A stretch of 56,233 nucleotides of DNA, the filler included, from Bipalium vagum (taxonomy: Eukaryota), in assembly GCA_037834085.1 (NCBI GenBank). It is 3 parts of 3 records of this genome, joined end to end, with 100 filler letters (N's around TTAATTAATTAA, not from the genome) between each part and the next. Parts side by side here need not be neighbours in the genome. Positions count along the whole stretch, not along the records: positions 1 to 23,333 come from JBBMKC010209930.1; 2 more parts are not named here. The stretch is one strand, 5' to 3'. The first letter of the stretch is position 1; the number at the start of each line of letters is the position of its first letter. The notes below the pieces were generated by a model. The model searched no databases and was not told the DNA's origin. It was given only the letters and a program-made list of their open reading frames with translations. A program made the position numbers and the translations under genes. Of this stretch, positions 1 through 13,010 are shown piece after piece.

Positions 1-966
1 TAGGGTAATATAATCGGCAGACTTAAACTTACCAGTTATCATATGAAAAGACAGAAGTCCGTTTGGAAGAATCATTATCCAGACCATAATTCCACCTCCA
101 TGACATTGCTGAATATTGCCTACATATCTGGATGTTTTTGAAACATTCGTCATCCAACAATCAGATCCATCAAGTGTGAACCGTTTTTCATCTGAAAATA
201 TAGTATTCTCCCAAATATGATTGGACGAAATCCATTCTGTTATCAATTTTGATCTTTCTTCCTTGTGTTTCATTGATAGCAAGATTTCGTGATAACTTCT
301 TGTGTATTTCATATTTAGGGACTTGAAATATCTTTGTATTGTCCTTGTTGAAACAGCCAGGCCACATTCTTTCTTGATCTTGGGAGTGTTAGTTGAAAAT
401 TAATCGGATATACCGGGATTCGAACCCGGGACTTTTTAACTTTTTTCATGATAACTGGTTAACTATGCCGTTGCTCTTTTGATTGATAGCGCACCTGCTT
501 TACTTATTAATCTCTTTCTCCCATGTTTTCCTTTGTGTACCACATATTTATAGGTCACCAACCCTTTAGCAGCATATCTGGATATGCCTAAAGTCGTACC
601 AATTGCACCATAACTTTTGCCTTCTTTTTTTAACTTAATTACAACACTTTCTCATTCAATAGATCTCATAATAATTTCTAAAAGTAAGATAAACATTAAT
701 AACAAATAAATGTCCAAAAAATTAGGTTAAAATCATTAATATTTAAAAAATTATAAGGTGTGCCAAAAATTGTGTCGTTTTTTATATCTAAAAAGCAGTA
801 AACATTTAAATATTATTTAAACAAAAATTAATATATATCTAAGTAGTGATAATTAATATAAGTACTACTATATTAAATATAGTTATACAACTTTAATTTC
901 ATTACTTAAATTCTTCATGAAGTTATAATGACATTTCTTACTGTGCCAAAAATTGTGTCGCTCAGT
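1..966 (-). mobile_element. Degenerate Tc1-family (DD34E-type) transposon, 5' part; continues past the window's left edge
   Basis: Minus-strand translation gives an HTH region (KEGKSYGAIGTTLGISRY), then VSTRTIQRYF, WENTIFSDEKRFTLDG and HGGGIMVW, with stops and frameshifts. The terminus near 965 (CTGAGCGACACAATTTTTGGCAC on minus, flanked by TA) contains an 18-bp motif GTGCCAAAAATTGTGTCG that is repeated at ~760-777 (IR/DR-type end). Confidence 0.85.
393..438 (-). other. tRNA-derived fragment (3' half: T-arm/B-box and acceptor strand) inserted in the Tc1 relic
   Basis: Minus strand reads GTCCCGGGTTCGAATCCCGGTATATCC: a perfect 5-bp T-stem CCGGG/CCCGG with a TTCGAAT loop. It interrupts the Tc1 reading frame and no D-arm is adjacent. 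Confidence 0.7.
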
Positions 967-3639
967 ATACTTTTCTTTGAAGTTCCTCTCCTTTTACATC
1001 TACTTTACTAATGAAATGACCGGATATAAGAGAAAAGGATGTAATGGAAATCTTTATATAAAGGACAATAACATTTCAAAAAATACAATTATACACCTAA
1101 TGTAAGAGATTATTATTAGATAAAGATACTCTTTGAACTAGTATGAGTTTCTTCTTAATTAGATTTAAAATTATCATTACCCCTCAAAATTATTGTGCAA
1201 TTTCATGAAACCGGGTGTAACAAAAAATTGTTAATCTCTTTGCATTCTAGATTTACTGTATTTATAAAAATATTTATAAGAATTATTTTCAAAACTTTTA
1301 AAGTCAAAATATTTAAGTTGGTAAAACTGTCTGAAAAATGGTTTCAGCAGTGGAACTCGACAGAATAAAAGGTGGTTTAGAATTTTAATTAATTATATTT
1401 TTATTATTATTATTATTTTGTTAGATCTTATTATTTTTCTTTATGATCGAAAGAGGAGGGCAAAATTAGACTTCTGTATATACAGTTATTTTATATTGAC
1501 CATCCCACTTATGCTCAGATATTACCCCAAGTTTCATAGAACTTTTTTACACAGGACAAATGTTAGACGTCGACGAAAGAAAAGAAGTATATTGGAGTTT
1601 AGGTATAACTTTACCCATTATTTGTTAGATTCGCAAGAAACTTTGCAGATAACAGATAGTAATGGTAAGATATCGCAGGATTCCTGTAAAAATACTTTGG
1701 TAAAGTAATAAGTTACTAATATTACTAATAACATATTTAATTGCAACTATCGGCTTATACAGATTACACCATTACTATTTCAAGAGCTTAACAATATTCT
1801 AAGGTTTTTATATTTAGGTTACTTTAAATGACATAAATGTATAAGGATATCAATATATCAGTACGTAAATAGGCGGTGTTCAGTAGCATGACAGAAATAA
1901 AAGTAAACAGCTCATATTTAACCAGAAAATGAATTCCCAACTTATAAACATTAACAAGATAATGTATGGACCAGCAGCAAAAGAAAAAGAAATGAAAAGT
2001 TTCGGAATTCCCTGTCTAGAATTTTTACAGCCACACCAAGAGATCGACTGTTCAAAAATAAAACTAAGAATTACCGACAAGATTCTGCCAAAATTTCTAA
2101 ACCCTGTGTGAAATTCTAACTCTATTACCATTGTTGAAAGCTAGTAATATAGTAAATATGTAGGTATCCAATTTAAATTGATTGTATATATATAGCAACT
2201 TTTGACATCTTTGAGGTATAATATCCATCGACTTGTTTACAGATCATTACAGAAAAGTTTGTTTTCTTCATTAGCATTGATGAAGCTAATGATCAACAGT
2301 TTTGGATCACAAGATATGTTATGAATCGTTGATGTCAGAGGACTATGAACACAATGACATTCCAGTGTGGACAGTTTTCATTGACTCATTGACACAAGAT
2401 AATTCATAAATTGCAAGGATTTTTGATGTAAAAGAAAATTTTATAAAATAATAAAGTCATTAATACTCAGAGTAATACAATCAACTATTTTATGTGACAA
2501 GATTTGTTATTTATACATATAAAATAGTAATAAAAAAACTAACTCATTAATATTCAATACATTACTGAAGAACTATTTGCTGAAACAAAATACAAGAATA
2601 CTAATGTTTGAATAGAAATGACTTACATATATTACAAATACAATGCTATCCAAATATCTGGAAGCACTCCTGTAATTTTCCTAAAATAATGGGAATAACT
2701 AATAGTACTTTAATTCAGCTTTTATTTACAAATAACAGAGAATGTGTAGAAACACATGTTTCCACTCAAATATTTCAGAAGTGAACTTTTTGTAATTGTA
2801 GAAATTTGATTAAAACTCGTGAATTTGTTAGTCATTATTGAATATAATACCCAAATTTTTGCTTATAAGTCGAACTCGGGCATATGCCGCTTCGAAAATA
2901 ACCAAAAAAATTTTTAATTGGATAAGCATAACTCATGCGTACTCTGTAACATGAAAACTATGCCTAAAGGTGTTTTTCGTAAAGGTCACAGGAAAAGAAA
3001 AGGGATGAATTGACTCCCATGGTCAACTATTTGTTATAAGATATTTGATGTGAACACAAAAATTCGTTCTTTTGTCAAGTTCACTGTTAATTTATAATTC
3101 AACAAAACTTCATATAACAAAGGAAATCAAAGAAAAGGTGAAAACATATTCACAATTGCCTGTCATTCCAGGGGGATTGACAAGCAAATTACAGCAAGAA
3201 TTTAGGGTATTGTCAGACAGTGAAACATTTTTATTAATATTTTAAGTTATAACAAATTCAAATAAACAATCTACCACATGCAAATCTAAGGTACTTATCG
3301 TAGGTATTGATCTTAGTTAATTACTAAAAAATAGTAACTTATATTTTATATACAGTTTTATTTTTTAAAGTTCTAATATTAATAAACCAATGCATTATAA
3401 ATATAAAAATTAAAAATTCTCAGTCAGATTAACCTTCTTATAAAACCCTTATTTTTATCTATCCTACAGCCCACAAAGGATCAGTTTTACTCAGGTCTCG
3501 TAACATATTTCCTAGTTATTTAAACACTTAGACTCGTTTAAACACGTAATTAAAAATAAAATAATTATATATTTAATAAATAATCCAGTTAAGTTTCCCT
3601 AAAAGTGACAAAATTTAAGTTATAAAAATCGTTAAAGGG

Positions 3640-4500
3640 CTTATAGGTTACTTTACATAAACCTATATGACTATCAGAAAGATTTATGGAGTGTAATTCG
3701 GAACAAAATAGGATAAACGAAAACAACTGAAATCAAATACAAATATTTTTATTTGTAAAAATGTGAGTTTACAAGGGGATTTTAAATGAGAATCCTTAAA
3801 TCCTTACACAGTTATTCTGTAACTTGTGGTAAGGTCCTGAGATGATTTACCAACCCTAACTGTTGTGTAAATCACAAACAAAAAGAGAAAAATGGAAAAT
3901 GGGAAAACAAAATGAAGATAATCCTATAAAATAGTGATTATCGGAAGAGTGGCTGATTTTAAGATAAATTTAGATAATTTGTGTAAACCGTTATTTTACC
4001 AGATATAATAAATGAAATAATAATAATTAAAAATATTAATAATAATAAATTTACTGCTTGCAAACGGCATAAACTGTAGACTAGTAAATGAATTGCCGGT
4101 AACTGAATTGGTTCTACAATGAATTATTCTGTAACTGAATTGTCTGGTAGCTGAACTGTTTTGGTTTTGAATTGTTTTGATCGCTCGGATTTATAAAGTT
4201 GAACTTGTTGACAGGAACTGCTACTGTATTGTGTTCGTACCAAAGGTTTTTGTGTCTAAATATTTTTTGTGTGTGTTTTTGTTTTTAAGCTGACCTTATA
4301 TATTATATTTTATAAGGTTATTGCTATTTTTGTATTTTAATTATTTCCTTTTTTAATTTTTTATTTTAAATTATTTCTATATTTACATTTGTATACTATT
4401 TTTTTTGCTAGATTTCTATTTTAAGAAACCTGGTATTTTCTAATTTTAGTTTTATGTACAATTGTTTGTTTTTTATATATTTCCTTTGTTTAATAATTAA
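3640..4500 (-). repeat. LTR-like interspersed repeat, copy A
   Basis: By eye it shares blocks with 33650-34800 (+) and 55130-55890 (-), e.g. AAACAAAGG...TTTCT(T/A)AAAATAGAAAT and GGTTACTT...TATCAGAA(A/G)GA(T/A)TTA(T/C)GGA. On minus it has AATAAA followed by a ...TTACA end at ~3693. Confidence 0.6.
4085..4180. repeat. Degenerate ~15-17 bp tandem repeat (TGAATTGNNNGTAAC-like)
   Basis: About six TGAATT/TGAACT-cored units are visible in tandem. Confidence 0.6.
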
Positions 4501-4502
4501 TT

Positions 4503-4506
4503 AATA

Positions 4507-4543
<37 letters not shown>
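4503..4543. repeat. (AAT)n microsatellite
   Basis: Direct reading. Confidence 0.9.
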
Positions 4544-4544
<1 letters not shown>

Positions 4545-4891
4545 TGTTAGGTCTTAATTTTATTTATTTTTTGGGATTCTCATTTTTACAAGTGAACAAA
4601 GATAAAAATACTTTTATTAAAATTAAATCAAAAATAAAAAGTTTCAAGATCAAAAATTGTCAGAATTGTTTTTTAAATGTTAAATAGTTTAGTTTCTCTT
4701 GAGTCTCCACAATCCAAAATAAAAAAAATATTTACGGTTTAATTTATTTTTAATCGAGATTATTTTTATTTAGAAGAATTTAATTACATGGTTTTCACTG
4801 TTATTTTGAAAATGTGTACCTTTATTTTGAATTTATATAAATCAATTTTAGATTCGTTTAAATACATAATTAAACACGTTTTATAATTTTT

Positions 4892-5370
4892 TTGAATTAT
4901 TGTAAATATTTTCTCATTTTCTCAAAGCGAATAATCGATTCGTATCTTAAGGGTTATCCCAAAAAAGAAATAGCTGATGTTTTAAATATCAAATTAACAA
5001 CAGTTTATGCTGTAATAAAGAAGTTTTTAAAAATTAAATATTTAAAGATATATTTAGGTATATTTAAAGGATGGTAGAGTAGATAGTAAATTAAAAGGTA
5101 GGGTACAAAAGAAAGCATTGACAAATGAACATGTTCAGTTCTTAAAAAGCACCACTTATACTAGCGTTATACTGAAAGCTCTTCGACAAAATTTAATTAA
5201 TGTGTATAATGTCACCGTTTCAACGAAAACAATTGATAAATAATTATAAGTTTTAATTATTTAAAAGAATCTCGTTGATTGTGATTAGACGGAAAAATTA
5301 TTTAAAAGTTATAATAAAAATGGGGTTTATGGAATTACATTTAATTTATGGTTTTCTTCAGATTTAGGGA
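4892..5370 (+). mobile_element. Tc1/IS630-like transposase N-terminal relic
   Basis: HTH RIIDSYLKGYPKKEIADVLNIKLTTVYAVIKKF, then KALTNEHVQFL...YNVTVSTKTIDK, with frameshifts. Confidence 0.65.
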
Positions 5371-5847
5371 GATATCATTTAAAAATAATTATTTAAAACA
5401 GAACATTGCTGGTGGTAAAGAATTTTAAAATATTAAAACACCTTTGAGCTGACAATTATAAATCACAATAAATATTTATTATTGATAATCTTTTAACAGC
5501 TTAAATTTCACCTAGATAAACAAATAAAAAATAAAACATTCAATAGATTGGATATTTCATAAAGAAAATATCTTGTGTTAACGTTTCGAAAATTCAATAT
5601 AGATAAAATTTAAAATTATTGATTAATCAAGATAAATAAAAAGGGTCTTCAAGCAAAAAACTTTACAATGTTGATAGATTATAACTTCTTGTTTCAATTT
5701 CTGCTTGATAGAAGATCAGAAATCTATCAGGCCATTAAAATTGCTGTAAATATTATTATATATTTGTATTGTAAAAAGCAATTGAAGGAGACCATTGATC
5801 AATACTATATATAATAGTTTTTCTGGAAAATGTAGCTCTTTGAGATT

Positions 5848-8800
5848 CTATTCGGCTGGTTCATCGGCAAGCAACATAGAATAGAGTTGTTTATCTGCCA
5901 TACATCCATTCATAAATTCATCTCGATTCAAAACTCCATCCTTGTTTGAATCCATTTTTTCAAATATCTCAGCAGTTCTTGCTTCTGGGCTAAGATCAAT
6001 ACTATTTTCATCGGCTCCTAGCATACTGTATATAGCCTGTTTAAAATCATTAATATTTGATTATTTGAATTAAAAAAAAATTAAATAAGTATTTTAAATA
6101 TAACTTTTCATAAAAAAATTCTTTCTGAGGTCCATATTTTGAAGTCCATAAAAATTATTTGATATTAATACTTGTTTAAATATTCCATTTTTAATTATGA
6201 AACAAATAAAGAAAAATTACTGAAATTTTTGTTGAAATTTTGATTTTAATTAATAAGAGTATTAACTTATGTAATCTAATTATTTAATTTCTCTTCAATA
6301 GATTTTCTTATTGTTTAATACGTTTGAATGGTTTTCAAGTGCTTATTCCAGTCCATTTCTCATAAGATTCAGTTGATTTGTTTACTAATACCATCGAAAT
6401 GGAAATTATATATATATTAAGTTTGTCAAGATTATTATTTTGTTGCTGTTGAGAAGTTGTTTTAGTTCCATTTTTCAACCATGATTAGTTTCGAAAATTC
6501 ATTTTGAATAAAGTGTTAAGAGTCCCTTTCAGTTGTTATAAACATTTATTTTAAATAAAATAACATGTTGATTTAATAATTTCAAAACTTTTTCATGGCA
6601 TTATTTTTAAGGTAAATGATAGTTTGTGTGGGATTATATTTCTTTATATCCTTTCTATAGTCCCAAAAAATAGTTTAATACTGAAAATGGACAAATTTAA
6701 TATTCTTGTCCACATTAAAGTTAACCTAAATTTAGAATGCCTTCAAATTGATTTAATTTTATTATTAAATATATTAATTGATCAATTACTTTCGTTTGGT
6801 ATTTCCAAAGAAGAAAATGTTATTGTCATAAGTTTTGAAAGAAAATTCCGACTTAATATCAGAACAATATTTTTTAATGTGTTTGTTTAGTAAGAAGTAA
6901 GGGTTGTAATGAATGACATTGCATAAGCCACCGTTTTAATTTTATTGTCATAACATTTTATTAATTTTCGTGTTATTCATTTTGGAAAATAAGCTTAGAA
7001 ATATGAATGACCAAGATACAAAATTCTTATTTGTATGTGGTATGACTTCAAATTAGGAAAGAATTCCGTAGAATCATACTACACAATATGCGATGTGTTC
7101 GGTGATATTGCTATTAGTAATATTCGATACAGGAGATGGTTTCCATGATTTAAATATGGAAATGTTGATCTGAAAGATAATCTAGATGAACTAAAAGAAA
7201 TTGAGATATATCCCTGACAAACTACTTACTGAGAAGTTCAAATGCAGCCAAGTGGCTGTAGAAAATCATTTACATCAAATTGGCAAAATAAATATAGCAA
7301 ATGGATATCACATACGCTTGGTGTTAAAAACGCGAATTACTGTTTTATTTGAATGTTCAAAGAAGTCATTCAAGTTATAGAAAGGATAATAATTTTTAAA
7401 AGAAAAATATGATGGGTTTTAATTATCAATTTTTATTGAGATGAGATATAAATGAATGCACTAAGAAAATAAAAAAAATCAATTTTTATTTAAAAAATCT
7501 ATAGTTAACCATTCAATTAATTCTGTTCTGCAATTTCTTAAAATTTGAGGACTGAGTTTTACAAAATTATAATTACCTGTTGGATATTTATGAAAGAGAT
7601 GAAAAGGAAACCTCTTTTTATTACTCTGATATTATTGAGATAATTATGTATCAATATCAAAATTTTCATGATCAAAAAGAGTTAATTTTAATTATTATAA
7701 TTTTCCTTCTTTGGAAATACAATTTGTGGAGATTGTATCTGGTTATTATATTTTGGTTATTGTGACAGTATATATTTATTTCACGACATTAATTGGTAGT
7801 TCGAGCCGATTTGAAAAGCACAAAGGCTAGAGTCGCTGGAATTGTTCAAGTAATTAAAAAAATGCCAATAAATGAAAAAAGTTTTACAGTGACGGCAGTT
7901 TTGCTATACCAAAAAATGGCAAGACATTGTCGTTCAAAATGGTAATTATATAATTTAATAAAATTTTCAATTCGACTTCATTTTTCTAACTTTTTCATTT
8001 TACCAAAATCGACGGAAACTTTGTAGACTACCCAATATTTTAACTGTTTTTGTTATAAGATATCTGTTATTTAATATTCATTTGTATTAGTAATCTAAAT
8101 TTAGACGCGCATATCAACAGTAGGTATTTTTTCAAAATTATTTTGTCACCCTTCACATGTCTTTTCAGTGGCACAACTCTCGATGTTTGATAAAGACCGA
8201 TTATATGACATGCTCGAAGCCAGAATGAGTGTCCCTGATATTTCAGAAAACATAAAATTAACAATCAAAACAGTCCAAAAATGGTGCTCACAAATTAAAA
8301 AGATGGACATTATGAACGAAAATGTGGATCTGGCAGACCAAGAAAAACAAATGCACATGAAAGTGCTCATTTAGTACTAAAATAGAAACAGGTTCAAACC
8401 AATGTGTTTTATTGGCAGAGAGTGGATCACAAATGATAATTTAGAATGCTACGCTGGGTGTAAGTGCAGGATATAAATCACATTCTGCACTCAGTGAGAA
8501 TATCACTGAGTTTTATACACAGAAATAGATTTCTAAACTTGACAAGATAACATCTAAATTTGGATAGTAATAAATGGAAGTCTATATTATGGAAAGATGA
8601 ATCCAGATTTCACTGGTCTTCAATGATGATCAAATAAGAGTCAGGTGCCAGAAAACGAAGAAATATACAGATTGATGTAGAAATCAGCATGGTGAAGGTG
8701 TTATGATATTGTGTGGCATATGGTGAAACGGTAGAACAGCCGCATTTATTATTGATGGTATATTAAATGCTGCATGTCATTTGAAAGAAATTATCAACCA

Positions 8801-10057
8801 GAACATCATTCCAAATACTGAACAGCATCATTTTATGTTGCAGCACGATAATGCAAAGTCGCATACTGCCAGAATAGTGGCTTTTGCTTTGAGTACCTGA
8901 AATTTATCAGTTCTTCCATTGTCTGTACGCTCACCTAACATGCTTGGGATCAACTTGGTCGACGTATAACAGCAATGTACGAGCAACGAGTAACTACAAC
9001 TGCAGCGCCAGCCATCAGGCTTTTAGAACAATGGGAACTCATACCCAAATAAGATTTTCAAATTTTAATTTCAAGTATGGATCAAAGAATGAGCGAATGT
9101 ATTGAGAACAGAGGAGGACATACTAGTTATTAACTCTATCATTAAATTTGTTTTAATGGTATAATCTTAATAGAAATTCGTTTTTAAATTTTTAGTACAT
9201 GAAATTTTTGCAAGAGTATATTTATATAAAAAATAATTCATTTTATTTATTTTTATTCAGATATCTGCTAAATACTCATGCTACAGTAAATTTTACTAAG
9301 CCCTTTTCTTTTAGAACCCTGATTTATTAATATATTATTACTACTGCATTTCCGAGTTTTTATGGGAATTTTTAATTATTATGTACTTTATGTAATAGAT
9401 TAATAAAAAAATAGCTTTCTCAACAATATTTTTTAAACAATTACCATATTTGCCGGACGTAATTGAAGAAATATTTTCCTCTGGCAATGATGATCTTAAA
9501 ACCAGACTGATTATTACAATATACAAATTTAGCCAAGATTAAATATCTCTAATAATTATTTTTCACACATTTTAAAATAAGAATTATTATTGCCAAAATT
9601 CGTTGATTGAAAATTATCACTTGTATATGTATTAATGAAACTTAATTAGAGCCAATTATTTTAATTGCACTCATTTATTAAACATTTACACAGAACATCG
9701 GAGTATTACATTAAAAAAAGATTAAGTAAAAATGTCATTTGGAAATAAAGTATTTATTTATCATACATAATCGAAAAAAATTACCTTGATTATTTCCACC
9801 ATTTCATTTTTCTCTATTGTTCCATTTCCATCAATATCATACATTTGAAAAGCCCACTCTAATTTCTCTTCAGGCTTGCCCCCCGATGTAATATTAATTG
9901 CTAACAAAAACTCCTTGAAATCTATTTTTCCAGAATTGTCTTTGTCGAAAGTTCTGAAAACATGAATACAGAACTCTTCTGCATTTCCATCCGGAAAAAA
10001 TCCAGAATAAACTTCAATGAATTTCTTTTTACTCAGTTGACCAGAAGGGCAGTCTCT
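5848..10057 (-). CDS. Neuronal calcium sensor (NCS-2/neurocalcin-like EF-hand protein), 5'-partial. Exons 10057-9785 and 6036-5848
   Basis: The phase-0 AG/GT-bounded 273-nt exon encodes [91 protein letters not shown]. The last exon encodes [62 protein letters not shown]. It has the CPSG inactive EF1 plus three canonical EF-hand loops typical of the recoverin/NCS family. Missed by the ORF track. Confidence 0.92.
6990..7330 (+). mobile_element. Mariner transposase N-terminal relic (in the NCS intron)
   Basis: [48 protein letters not shown] is a mariner HTH signature; stops present. Confidence 0.75.
8100..9218 (+). mobile_element. Degenerate near-full-length Tc1 transposon (in the NCS intron)
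   Basis: ORF 8168-8374 is the HTH. Downstream pieces read [40 protein letters not shown] and [11 protein letters not shown]. The terminus is TTTTGCAAGAG-TA at ~9216. Confidence 0.85.
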
Positions 10058-11029
10058 CTAGAGTAATTCAATAATCAAATATGATCAGAAATTTAATTAT
10101 TTTCAAATTTATTTTTCTGGTTTTATCGAATAATCGTATACCACTCCATCATTCAGTTTCGAGAGGTTGACAATTCTAATTCAGTTGAGGAAGTCATTTT
10201 TATTTATTATATGTATAATATTAAAAAAAATATATCAAAAAATGATTGATTAACATTGCAAGAGGAACTTGATGAAAAATATGTTTTTGATTTTTATAAT
10301 AATTCCTATCAACTAAAGACATTTATAGAGAATCGGAAAATGATAACATTTAAAACTGGTGAAACCGGAGAATGTTATTACTGAATTATATTTTTAGACT
10401 AGAATAAATTATAACATTTATTTATTTATTTATTATAGTTAATTGATTATTTGCGACTTAAATAGAATTAAAAATGAGTATTTATTTATATATTAAAATT
10501 AATAAAATTTTTTTTAAAAAATTATATAATTTGATAATATGAAAAAAATGAATAATTGTTCATAGTAGTGTAATTTTAATTTTAATAACTATTAATTACT
10601 ATTAATTATTAGTAATTTAAAAATATAATAAAAAAATATTTTCGTTATTATTCAACATTGATCTTATAGGGTGGTATAGCTGAGAATATTATATTTAATA
10701 AAATAAAAATAAATAAAATAAAATTAATAAATGAAATATCATAAAATTTCAAATTATTAATTCGTTTAAATTAATTAATTTAAAAATTAATGAATTAAAC
10801 TGATAGACCTTTACATAATTAAAACAATAAGAATAAAGAAATTTTGTTGAGCACTCAGTTTTCTGCCAAAACAATTTTAATGTTAACAGAATATAACATG
10901 TGATGCCTTTAAATCAGGAAATAATAAAAATACGTAAAACATGTTCATATAAAACGGATTTTATAATTTTATTTTTGACAAGTGGACATACTTTATGAAA
11001 ATACATAAAAATCAAAGATTGTTAATGTC

Positions 11030-11960
11030 ATGCCTGCGTACACAGTCTGCTCTAGTGAAACAAGCTTTACAAAGTCGATGTATTTTGACGATGCTGGCTT
11101 TCATGAACACGTATTCAGAAGTTGCTAAAAATCTTTGGTTTGCCAATTAGTAGCATTCATCATTCTTTTAATTTCATTCCAAAAATTCTCGAAGGAATGA
11201 ATTTCTGGAACATTAGCCAGGTTGAAATTTATTTGGCACAAACTCAGTATTGTTGTCTTTTAGAAAATATTTAGTGTTTTGGGGGTAATGTACTAATGCA
11301 AAGTCATACTAAAAGTTAAAATTGTCATTTTCATACACTGACTTGATGAAAGAAATCAACCGTGAATTTAAGCATGACATTCCTAGACGTACTTGTTGAT
11401 AACTATACCAGACGTTGCAATGTAAAACCGATGCATGCCATTCTCAAATATATCCACTCAAACTTGGTAACCTCTTTCTTCTACATCCTTGTCATTATTT
11501 ATTTATTATTAGCCAATTTGTAATATCCACAGTTACCTTATCTTTCATAACAACAATATTGTTCCACAAAATCTGATCACTTGAGATGGAGAGCATCTTA
11601 TTAAACATAATTAAGCTTGAAGAAATTAACTTAACTTTAATAATATTAACCTTTTTAATTTTAAACTTTAACCTTTTTCCCATATTGATTTTTTTATTTT
11701 GTCTTTATTATTCGTGATATATATTGCTTGTTTATTCCTAATTTCCTGTCTAATTTCTTATGGTTAATTCCATCTTTATGGTCATTTTAATATTATACAG
11801 CTTTTCAAGCGGAAAAAGTTTTGTCTCTAGGGTTAAGCTCTTTTCAATTCGTATAAAAATGGAATATATTATGGATTTTGGTATATCCTTACAATAGCGT
11901 TTTTAATGAAACTTGGTTGCGATTTCTTGGATTGGTAAATCTGTTTTTTTTAAACACCCT
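11030..11960 (-). mobile_element. ITm (DD37E/D-like) transposase relic
   Basis: Minus-strand pieces DFALVHYPQNTKYFLKDNNTEFVP and ANVPEIHSFENFWNEIKR resemble the DLASAHY...NPPNVPxxRPIENFW motifs; many disruptions. Confidence 0.6.
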
Positions 11961-12239
11961 TTATTTGTTAACTTTACAAAGATGTAAAAGAAGTCAAAAC
12001 ACTTTATGACTTACTAATTTCTCCATAAATACACAGTTTGTTCTCTAGTTGATAATGATTATTATTTACAGATCCATAAAGAAACATCTCTTAACGCATG
12101 GTAGATCAACAATTTGTTTATAAATTACAAAGTTAAAAGGCATTTTGACTGCTAACTACACCGAAATTTTATAAAAACGGTGAAGCTCAAATTGACAGAA
12201 CTGACCAGTTGTTACTTAGATTAACTTTTAATAGAATTA

Positions 12240-13010
12240 ATATTTTCATTCTAATACCATAAGTGAAGTTGTTCTTTATTCCAAATTAAATTGAAGCGTG
12301 ACTCGAGATTTGACAAGAAAATAAACATTTCATTACCCATGATTTGCAGTCGTTCCCGATTTTTATTTAATTTCTGTCAGAACTGAAAATCCAATTTTGC
12401 AAAAATGATGGTAACAAACCCTTGATTACTTCATTTCACAAGTGGGGATCTTCACTAGAAATTGAGATCCAGAATACTTTGTGAACTAGGTTGCTTTTAA
12501 GATTGTTGAGATTTTCTTACCTGGTCATAGTCAGACAAGTACCTTCGAAATTTGTGACTAGATTGATAACCAACTCATACTTTTTTGTTTCAAGTGATCG
12601 AAAGTATTTGGTCAATAATGCTTCTGTGTATCTTTTCTTTTCTGCTAAAAGTTTTTCAAATCTTATAACCTTGAAATTTGAGCTTTTTCATATTTAAAAC
12701 AAAATAATGTTATCTTTTTCAATTGTTTTTGTCTGTTAAGGCAAAGCTACACAAGGTATTCCTTTGGGATTTTCGACAAATGACAAATTTGGTACCATCG
12801 ATTCGTTTCAAAGCGTTGAATAAATTGAAGAGTATGGAAGCGAATTGTTTCTTTCTGACATAATGATACTAAATCTGATACAAACCTCATTATATTTACG
12901 TTTGCATGAACGGGATTGTTCAATAATTGTCTTTATTTTCTGTTAATTATTACCCATACTTTCATCTTCATCTTCACTTTTCTTAGACTTTGAAATAAAT
13001 ATATCCATTA
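12240..13010 (-). mobile_element. Internally deleted hAT (Buster/ZBED5-like) transposase relic
   Basis: The N-terminus MDIFISKSKK...RKYNE...NESMVP is joined to dimerisation-domain remnants FWISISSEDPHL, GFSVLTEIK and RERLQIMGNEMFIFLSNLESRFNLI. Confidence 0.7.

Noticed and set aside
393-438. Functional tRNA gene at either tRNA-like fragment
   Set aside because: Each locus contains only half of the cloverleaf.
1418-2131. Short ORFs 1418-1708, 1880-2131 and 1929-2111 as genes
   Set aside because: No recognisable domain or splice structure; typical chance ORFs in AT-rich or TE-derived DNA.
4085-4180. Short spaced repeats as a CRISPR array
   Set aside because: Units are ~16 bp, degenerate and lack unique spacers, and the context is eukaryotic.
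10115-10196. Minus-strand MTSSTELELSTSRN*MMEWYTIIR* just upstream of the NCS exon, containing EWY
   Set aside because: It has in-frame stops, no phase-0 GT donor in that frame and no MG start; probably coincidental.
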